A DNA stretch of 14,281 nt from a virus: the UHGV virus genome UHGV-1669857; one strand, 5' to 3'. Position numbers and translations under genes: made by a program. This document shows positions 8,870 through 14,281 of the stretch, piece after piece. The first letter of the stretch is position 1, and each line of letters begins with the position of its first letter. The notes under the pieces are model-generated. The model was given only the letters and a program-made list of their open reading frames with translations, ran no database searches and was not told the DNA's origin.

Positions 8870-9943
8870 TTACGCTCCCGGCTCTGCGGTCGCTTTAGCC
8901 AGTGTGGAGAAATCACCGACCTTAATTTTTTCCACCAGACAACCGGCGGCGTAGTCTTCCACCACGTAATCAATGTTCATTGACTCGTAGTTCTCCACGC
9001 GGTCGAGTTTCGGGTTTTCCTCAATCACGCGGCGATGGCTGTCATCCATGTAGTAGATGGACAGGTTTTCCAGCTTTGTGATGAGCATCGCATCCGCCGG
9101 GAAGTACGGGACGCGTACCGCCGGCAGGTTACCGATGCGTTTCTGGCTGATGATGACGTCAGCGGCCAGCATTTCGCTGTTGTCCTGCTCCTTGTTGACG
9201 ATGGGAAAATACTTGTCCGCCAGTAGCTGACGTCCCACAATCACCACAAGGTCAGGGTCTTCCTGATACCACGGCTCAATCAGGTTGTTGGTCGCATCCA
9301 TCACCAGTGCGTCAAGGCTGGCATAATCACCGCCCTTACCCACGCGGATAACCTCAGAGGTGGTGTGCCCTTCCTCGTCAGTGACCTTGCTCATCACGCG
9401 CGCCGGTGCTTCATTGCGGTATTTCTGCAGCCAGCCGACCGCCACATCCTGTAGCATCGGATTACTGCTGCGGTCAGAGGTTTCGGCACGCCTCACGCCG
9501 TTAAAACCGGCCATGATGAAATCAAGGGACTGGCGTTTGATAATGGCGTTACGGACACGGAGCTGGAAATCCTGATAACGCGCCCACAGGTCAAGCGTTT
9601 TGTAGCGGATATAAAAATCGAAGTTAATCTGGTCGCATTCGTACTTGTTTGACGCCAGCTTCGAGAAGTCCTTCGGCTGACGCTCGGTGCCACCGGCGGT
9701 GTCGCTGGTGCTGGCGATGGAGCCGGTGACACCAATACCAATTTTTTCCCCTTTCATTTCGCTGACCGGCACAATGTTGATGCGGGTCAGAAAGTCAGAG
9801 GACTCCTGCATGGTGTTCATCAGGGTCTGGGTGACCGACGGTTCAACGGTGAATTTTTTCGACACATCACCGGCGTCGATGCCGTTCAGTTCGGCAACAC
9901 GGGACAGGTAGGCATTAAATTTAAAGCGGGTTTCCTGGCGCAT
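8870..9943 (-). CDS. N: Major capsid protein N
   Basis: 357 aa, the P2 N length as I recall it; order O-N-M. Confidence 0.95.
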   Translation of the reverse strand: MRQETRFKFNAYLSRVAELNGIDAGDVSKKFTVEPSVTQTLMNTMQESSDFLTRINIVPVSEMKGEKIGIGVTGSIASTSDTAGGTERQPKDFSKLASNKYECDQINFDFYIRYKTLDLWARYQDFQLRVRNAIIKRQSLDFIMAGFNGVRRAETSDRSSNPMLQDVAVGWLQKYRNEAPARVMSKVTDEEGHTTSEVIRVGKGGDYASLDALVMDATNNLIEPWYQEDPDLVVIVGRQLLADKYFPIVNKEQDNSEMLAADVIISQKRIGNLPAVRVPYFPADAMLITKLENLSIYYMDDSHRRVIEENPKLDRVENYESMNIDYVVEDYAAGCLVEKIKVGDFSTLAKATAEPGA

Positions 9944-10001
9944 AGTTTTTCCTGAAATTAAGGGTTAATCGTGAAGGTTTTCCCGGACTGACTGACGCCG
10001 G

Positions 10002-10856
10002 TTAGCAGTTCGTCATCAGGGCGTCACCGCCACCGCCGGTGGCTTTACTGCGGCGCTGCTGGGTCAGACTTTCGGTGTGGTCGAGACTGTTTTTCAGGCG
10101 GGTGAATGCCTGACTGGTTTCATCCGCCCTGTCAGTCACATCCTGCTTAAGTGCGGAAAAGGCGGTTTCCATCTCAGCAAGGCGCTGCTCAGTGGCGCTC
10201 AGTTTTTCCTGCACATGCTCAGCGACAGCGGTCACCGCTTCATGCACGTCATTCAGACGGGCGTCATCGCTGGCCTGTTTGCGGCCAAAAATGGATTTCA
10301 CCTTTTCGGTCAGGGCTGTGAACACGGTTTCAGGCAGGTCTTCAAATTCCAGCTCAACAGGCGTTGCCACTGAAATCAGGTTTTCAGGGCTTAATTTGAA
10401 GCGGTTCAGGGGGTTGTGTTTTGCCGTGCGGCAGAATTCCAGGTATTCCGTGCCGAGGCTTGCCGGGTCATCGGTGACGGCCAGACCCACCAGATAACAT
10501 TTGCCGGTATTGGCAAAGTTCGGCTGAATTTCCATTGAGGTATAGACCTTCTGCGCGGCCTTGTTCATCGCGATAAGGTCATCGGTCGGGGTGATTTTCG
10601 CAAACAGCGCCCATTTGCCTTTCAGCGCCGAATCGTCGTCAATCTTTTCGGCCTTCAGTTCGGCCACATCACCATAACGTTTAAAAATACCGTCAGGCAG
10701 GATGCCGCGCAGATGTTCCAGGTTAATGCGGCAACCATAGACTCGCGGGTCAAAGGTTTCGGCCATTTCCTGAATATCCTGCGCACTGATGACACGCCCG
10801 TCACAGGTGTCACCCTCAACGCCGATACGAAAGAATTTTGAGACTTTTTTTGCCAT
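10002..10856 (-). CDS. O: Capsid scaffolding protein O
   Basis: The track ORF (to 10922) is over-extended. The ATG at 10854-10856 (MAKKVSKFFRIGVEG...) gives 284 aa with AGGA upstream. Confidence 0.9.
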   Translation of the reverse strand: MAKKVSKFFRIGVEGDTCDGRVISAQDIQEMAETFDPRVYGCRINLEHLRGILPDGIFKRYGDVAELKAEKIDDDSALKGKWALFAKITPTDDLIAMNKAAQKVYTSMEIQPNFANTGKCYLVGLAVTDDPASLGTEYLEFCRTAKHNPLNRFKLSPENLISVATPVELEFEDLPETVFTALTEKVKSIFGRKQASDDARLNDVHEAVTAVAEHVQEKLSATEQRLAEMETAFSALKQDVTDRADETSQAFTRLKNSLDHTESLTQQRRSKATGGGGDALMTNC

Positions 10857-11029
10857 TGTCAGGAGTCCTGAATAGTGATTAGAGGAGTCACATGTCGGCA
10901 TCAGTTTCCCGACGATGCGCATCCTCCGCCATCAGTCCCGGATGGCTTATCACTGACACAACAGCACCTTAGCGAATCGCGGGGCGCGACTAAGTAGCCT
11001 TGCCGTGTATTCATCACGGCGAGGTATTC
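10857..11029. promoter_or_regulatory. Divergent late-promoter region (leftward for the O operon, rightward for P-Q), expected to be Ogr-type activator dependent
   Basis: 173-bp non-coding spacer between divergently transcribed O and P, corresponding to the known P2 late-promoter location. I did not find an exact TGT-N12-ACA activator dyad by eye. Confidence 0.5.
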
Positions 11030-12802
11030 ATGACCATCACCACAGACACCACTCTTTTACACGACCCGCGTCGTCAGGCGGCGCTGCTGTACTGGCAGGG
11101 GTTTTCCGTGCCGCAGATTGCCGCCATGTTGAAGATGAAACGCCCGACGGTGCAGAGCTGGAAACAGCGCGACGGCTGGGACAGTGTTGCCCCCATCAGC
11201 CGTGTCGAAATGAGTCTGGAAGCGCGGCTGACCCAGCTCATCATCAAACCGCAGAAAACCGGCGGTGACTTCAAGGAAATTGACCTGCTGGGACGCCAGA
11301 TTGAACGACTGGCACGGGTTAACCGTTACAGTCAGACCGGCAACGAGGCAGACCTTAATCCGAACGTCGCTAACCGCAACAAAGGCGGGCGGCGCAAACC
11401 GAAAAAGAATTTTTTCAGTGACGAGGCCATCGAAAAGCTGGAGCAGATTTTCTTTGAGCAGTCTTTCGAATATCAGTTGCACTGGTATCGCGCCGGGCTT
11501 GAGCACCGCATCCGCGATATCCTGAAATCCCGCCAGATTGGCGCGACGTTTTATTTTTCCCGCGAGGCGCTGCTGCGCGCCCTGAAAACCGGCCATAACC
11601 AGATTTTTCTGTCGGCCAGTAAAACGCAGGCGTATGTGTTCCGTGAATACATCATCGCCTTTGCCCGTCTGGTTGACGTTGACCTGACCGGTGACCCGAT
11701 TGTCCTGGGCAATAACGGCGCAAAACTGATTTTTCTCGGCACCAACTCCAATACCGCGCAGAGCCATAACGGCGACCTGTACGTCGACGAGATTTTCTGG
11801 ATCCCGAATTTTCAGGTACTGCGTAAGGTGGCATCAGGTATGGCCTCACAGAGCCACCTGCGCTCGACCTATTTCTCCACCCCGTCCACGCTGGCGCACG
11901 ACGCCTACCCGTTCTGGTCGGGTGAACTGTTCAACCGGGGACGCGCCAGCGCCGCCGAACGCGTGGAAATCGACGTCAGTCATAACGCCCTTGCCGGAGG
12001 TCTTCTCTGTGCGGACGGCCAGTGGCGACAGATTGTCACCATTGAGGACGCCCTGAAAGGCGGCTGCACGCTGTTCGACATTGAGCAGCTCAAACGCGAA
12101 AACAGCGCCGACGATTTTAAAAACCTGTTCATGTGTGAATTTGTTGACGACAAGGCGTCGGTGTTCCCGTTCGAGGAGCTGCAACGCTGCATGGTCGACA
12201 CGCTGGAAGAATGGGAAGACTATGCGCCGTTTGCCGCCAATCCGTTCGGCTCCCGCCCGGTATGGATTGGTTACGACCCGTCACACCGTGGCGACAGCGC
12301 CGGATGCGTGGTGCTGGCACCGCCGGTGGTGGCCGGAGGTAAATTCAGAATACTTGAGCGTCACCAGTGGAAAGGCATGGACTTTGCCACTCAGGCGGAA
12401 TCCATCCGCAAACTCACCGAAAAATACAACGTCGAATACATCGGAATTGATGCCACCGGCCTCGGTGTCGGCGTGTTCCAGCTCGTGCGCTCGTTCTATC
12501 CCGCCGCGCGCGACATCCGCTACACGCCGGAAATGAAAACCGCAATGGTGCTCAAGGCCAAAGACGTTATCCGCCGTGGCTGTCTGGAATATGACGTCAG
12601 CGCCACCGACATCACCAGCTCGTTTATGGCTATCCGCAAGACCATGACCAGCAGCGGACGCAGTGCCACCTATGAGGCCAGCCGCAGCGAGGAAGCCAGC
12701 CACGCCGACCTCGCCTGGGCGACCATGCACGCCCTGTTAAATGAGCCACTCACCGCCGGTATCAGCACCCCGCTGACATCCACCATTCTGGAGTTTTACT
12801 GA
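11030..12802 (+). CDS. P: Terminase large (ATPase) subunit P
   Basis: The track ORF begins at a TTG at 11000. The real start is the ATG at 11030 (MTITTDTTLLHDPRRQ...) with GAGG 6 nt upstream, giving 590 aa. Confidence 0.95.
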   Translation: MTITTDTTLLHDPRRQAALLYWQGFSVPQIAAMLKMKRPTVQSWKQRDGWDSVAPISRVEMSLEARLTQLIIKPQKTGGDFKEIDLLGRQIERLARVNRYSQTGNEADLNPNVANRNKGGRRKPKKNFFSDEAIEKLEQIFFEQSFEYQLHWYRAGLEHRIRDILKSRQIGATFYFSREALLRALKTGHNQIFLSASKTQAYVFREYIIAFARLVDVDLTGDPIVLGNNGAKLIFLGTNSNTAQSHNGDLYVDEIFWIPNFQVLRKVASGMASQSHLRSTYFSTPSTLAHDAYPFWSGELFNRGRASAAERVEIDVSHNALAGGLLCADGQWRQIVTIEDALKGGCTLFDIEQLKRENSADDFKNLFMCEFVDDKASVFPFEELQRCMVDTLEEWEDYAPFAANPFGSRPVWIGYDPSHRGDSAGCVVLAPPVVAGGKFRILERHQWKGMDFATQAESIRKLTEKYNVEYIGIDATGLGVGVFQLVRSFYPAARDIRYTPEMKTAMVLKAKDVIRRGCLEYDVSATDITSSFMAIRKTMTSSGRSATYEASRSEEASHADLAWATMHALLNEPLTAGISTPLTSTILEFY

Positions 12803-13836
12803 TGAGCAAGAAAAAAGGGAAAACACCGCAACCTGCGGCCAAAAAAATGACCGCCAGCGCCCCGAAAATGGAAGCATTCACCTTTGGCGAGCCGGTACCG
12901 GTACTCGACCGCCGTGACATTCTGGATTACGTCGAGTGCATCAGTAACGGCAGATGGTATGAACCACCGGTCAGCTTTACCGGTCTGGCAAAAAGCCTGC
13001 GTGCTGCCGTGCATCACAGCTCACCGATTTACGTCAAACGTAATATTCTGGCCTCAACATTTATCCCGCATCCGTGGCTTTCCCAGCAGGATTTCAGCCG
13101 CTTTGTGCTGGATTTTCTGGTGTTCGGTAATGCGTTTCTGGAAAAGCGTTACAGCACCACCGGTAAGGTCATCAGACTGGAAACCTCACCGGCAAAATAT
13201 ACCCGTCGTGGCGTGGAGGAGGATGTTTACTGGTGGGTGCCGTCCTTCAACGAGCCGACACCTTTCACGCCCGGCTCCGTGTTTCACCTGCTGGAGCCGG
13301 ATATCAATCAGGAGCTGTACGGCCTGCCAGAATATCTGAGCGCCCTTAACTCTGCCTGGCTGAATGAGTCGGCCACGCTGTTCCGCCGCAAGTATTACGA
13401 AAACGGCGCTCATGCCGGATATATCATGTACGTCACCGATGCCGTGCAGGACCGCAACGATATCGAAATGCTTCGCGAAAACATGGTTAAGTCGAAAGGC
13501 CGCAACAACTTTAAAAATCTGTTTCTCTATGCCCCGCAGGGGAAAGCTGACGGCATTAAAATTATCCCGCTCAGTGAAGTGGCAACGAAGGACGATTTTT
13601 TTAATATCAAAAAAGCCAGCGCCGCTGACCTGCTGGACGCGCACCGCATCCCCTTTCAGTTGATGGGCGGCAAGCCGGAGAACGTCGGGTCACTGGGCGA
13701 TATTGAGAAAGTGGCAAAGGTCTTTGTCCGCAATGAGCTTATCCCGTTACAGGACAGGATTCGGGAAATAAACGGCTGGCTCGGTCAGGAGGTCATCCGC
13801 TTTAAAAACTACTCACTGGACACTGACAACGGCTGA
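12802..13836 (+). CDS. Q: Portal protein Q
   Basis: 344 aa; ATGA overlap with the stop of P; the gene next to cos, as in P2. Confidence 0.95.
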   Translation: MSKKKGKTPQPAAKKMTASAPKMEAFTFGEPVPVLDRRDILDYVECISNGRWYEPPVSFTGLAKSLRAAVHHSSPIYVKRNILASTFIPHPWLSQQDFSRFVLDFLVFGNAFLEKRYSTTGKVIRLETSPAKYTRRGVEEDVYWWVPSFNEPTPFTPGSVFHLLEPDINQELYGLPEYLSALNSAWLNESATLFRRKYYENGAHAGYIMYVTDAVQDRNDIEMLRENMVKSKGRNNFKNLFLYAPQGKADGIKIIPLSEVATKDDFFNIKKASAADLLDAHRIPFQLMGGKPENVGSLGDIEKVAKVFVRNELIPLQDRIREINGWLGQEVIRFKNYSLDTDNG

Positions 13837-13841
13837 ACATC

Positions 13842-13863
13842 GCCGCCTGCGGGCGGCTTTTTT
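13842..13863 (+). terminator. Rho-independent terminator downstream of Q
   Basis: GCCGCC-TGCG-GGCGGC stem-loop (13842-13857) followed by TTTTTT (13858-13863), 6 nt after the Q stop codon. Confidence 0.8.
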
Positions 13864-14005
13864 ACACCCCGTCATCACGCCCTCACACGCTCACCACAGC
13901 ACAAAACATCCCGCAAACACACCAACACCCCAACGGGCAGACTAAACGCCGCCACGACGCGCTCAGACGCTGAAAAAATAAAATCAGCACCACCGCCAGC
14001 GCGCA

Positions 14006-14024
14006 GTGCTTTCCCCGCCTCGCC
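14006..14024. other. P2-type cos site: 19-nt cohesive-end sequence
   Basis: Plus strand GTGCTTTCCCCGCCTCGCC, whose reverse complement GGCGAGGCGGGGAAAGCAC is the P2 cohesive end as I recall it; sits about 170 bp beyond Q, as in P2. Confidence 0.8.
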
Positions 14025-14166
14025 CGCCCGCTTCATGGGTCGGTTTGAATGCAGTTGAATTACAACTACCAAACCAAGCAATCCCTACTATTACGCAGAA
14101 AATGCATACTGAAATACCTCGTGCAAATTGATGCAGCTAAGTATGCATAGGTTTTATGCCTCAACG

Positions 14167-14281
14167 GGCTTTGTTGAATAAATCAGATTTCGGGTAAGTC
14201 TCCCCCGTAGCGGGTTGTGTTTTCAGGCAATACGCACGCTTTCAGGCATACCTGCTTTCGTCATTTTGTTCAGCGCTCGTA
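14167..14281 (-). mobile_element. End of a second IS903-family insertion sequence (the end nearest the transposase C-terminus); element body lies to the right of the window. Terminal inverted repeat at 14167-14184.
   Basis: Plus strand 14167-14184 is GGCTTTGTTGAATAAATC, the same inverted repeat as at 217-234 in opposite orientation. The minus strand encodes a transposase C-terminus. Confidence 0.85.
14223..14281 (-). CDS. IS903-family transposase, C-terminal fragment; enters from beyond the window end
   Basis: Minus-strand translation ...RALNKMTKAGMPESVRIA then stop at 14223-14225, matching the IS903 transposase C-terminus as I recall it. Confidence 0.7.
   Translation of the reverse strand, partial: RALNKMTKAGMPESVRIA

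Noticed and set aside
10857-11029. Exact TGT-N12-ACA late-activator binding dyad in the O/P spacer
   Set aside because: I could not find a perfect match by eye, so I annotate only the promoter region and not a specific activator site.
11057-11767. 236-aa minus-strand ORF antisense to terminase P
   Set aside because: It lies wholly inside a well-supported gene on the other strand, has no start context, and is of the kind GC-rich coding DNA produces by chance.
235-14166. Single IS903 insertion in a circular molecule, with the two window ends being one IS copy
   Set aside because: The 9 bp flanking the two IS ends (CCTCCAGTG at 235-243 and GCCTCAACG at 14158-14166) do not match as a target-site duplication. 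Circular topology cannot be judged from a linear window.

Overview
The window is almost entirely a phage P2-type late-gene block on one contiguous stretch, bounded at both edges by ends of IS903-family insertion sequences. From left to right: an IS903-like left end (1-234); then on the minus strand tail-fibre assembly G, tail fibre H, baseplate I/J/W/V, tail completion S/R, the lysis cassette (lysC nested in lysB, lysA, endolysin K, holin Y), X, head completion L, small terminase M, major capsid N and scaffold O; a divergent late-promoter region; then on the plus strand large terminase P and portal Q, a terminator, the 19-nt P2 cos sequence (14006-14024), and a second IS903-like end (14167-14281). 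Protein identities were judged by my recall of P2 proteins and by gene order and lengths, not by a database search. I see no obvious novel defence or accessory system inside this window: the two positions where P2-like phages usually carry cargo (downstream of G, and beside cos) are exactly where the IS903 ends sit, so any cargo would lie outside the window. The most interesting structure is the IS903-bracketed, cos-containing head/lysis/baseplate module that lacks tail sheath, tube, tape-measure, replication and integration genes.
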